Of a stretch of 64,000 bases of DNA, positions 60,646 through 64,000 are shown piece by piece (within the stretch, counting starts at the first letter, position 1; every line of letters begins with the position of its first letter). The DNA lies in contig NZ_JASBQE010000055.1 in assembly GCF_029960785.1 (NCBI RefSeq), positions 1-64,000 of the forward strand. The letters are read 5' to 3'. A program made the translations under genes and the position numbers. Under the pieces are notes generated by a model. The model was given only the letters and a program-made list of their open reading frames with translations. It had not been told where the DNA came from and did not search any database. The DNA is from Polyangium sp. 15x6 (lineage in GTDB: Bacteria > Myxococcota_A > Polyangia > Polyangiales > Polyangiaceae).

Positions 60646-64000
<3,355 letters not shown>

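Overview
This 64-kb window is about 70% GC and is densely coding with many lipoprotein and secreted genes. From composition and gene content it is probably a myxobacterial (Myxococcota, Polyangiaceae-like) chromosome segment; that is an inference, not a database result.

The conventional genes I can support are:
- Lon protease (39688..42081, +).
- The 3' two-thirds of rpoC (60646..64000, -, truncated by the window edge).
- panB (56377..57318, -).
- A TetR regulator (19959..20543, +).
- An ECF sigma factor with a C-terminal membrane-spanning extension (20550..21548, -).
- An MFS transporter (43320..44570, +) and a DUF418 membrane protein (44574..45872, -).
- A beta-carbonic anhydrase (46038..46724, -), an SDR oxidoreductase (46792..47625, -) and a CrtI-family FAD oxidoreductase (48292..49944, -).
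- A DUF58 protein (52307..53242, +) followed by a vWA/BatA-like protein (53239..55272, +) whose ATG overlaps the DUF58 stop (ATGA).
- A DSD1-family PLP enzyme (9304..10401, +), an M23 peptidase (11010..11750, -) and a SAM-dependent methyltransferase (2697..3584, +).
- Three paralogous large Ser/Thr kinases (kinase domain, AAA ATPase, TPR) at 5390..9268 (+), 28482..32378 (-) and 35529..39371 (-).
- A response regulator that combines MshEN, HD-GYP, REC and DUF4388 domains (58274..60448, -).

The most striking locus is at 11.8-17.5 kb. A MutS2-like ATPase carrying only MutS domain V (11842..13593, +) is followed by a 937-aa protein (13672..16485, +) that aligns along its whole length with eukaryotic major vault protein (MVP): the N-terminal repeats, the shoulder domain, the cap-helix coiled coil and the cap-ring region all correspond. 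A signal-peptide, beta-strand-rich protein (16496..17494, +) starts 11 nt after the MVP stop. This looks like a bacterial vault-like locus with an unusual partner gene.

Other structure worth a second look:
- A kinase / three secreted repeat proteins / kinase array on the minus strand (28.5-39.4 kb), with a variable 15-bp coding tandem repeat in each of the three secreted paralogues.
- A perfect 55-bp tandem duplication spanning the ribosome-binding site and start codon of the DUF418 gene (45851..45960).
- A shared GAACG-N7-GGTTCGTTC inverted-repeat motif upstream of lon (39591..39615) and of a STAS-like gene (17581..17603).
- An island of secreted Cys-rich proteins (21.6-26.2 kb), including a divergently transcribed paralogous pair with a 21-bp palindrome between them.
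- Two imperfect ~50-bp direct repeats (25690..25745 and 27546..27600) that bracket a lipoprotein gene, an AT-rich stretch and a hypothetical gene.
- Two frameshifted gene remnants (18135..18282 and 57371..58250).
- A porin-like ORF with no usable start codon and a CCGCAG microsatellite (21639..22646).

I found no tRNA, rRNA, CRISPR array, transposase or integrase.
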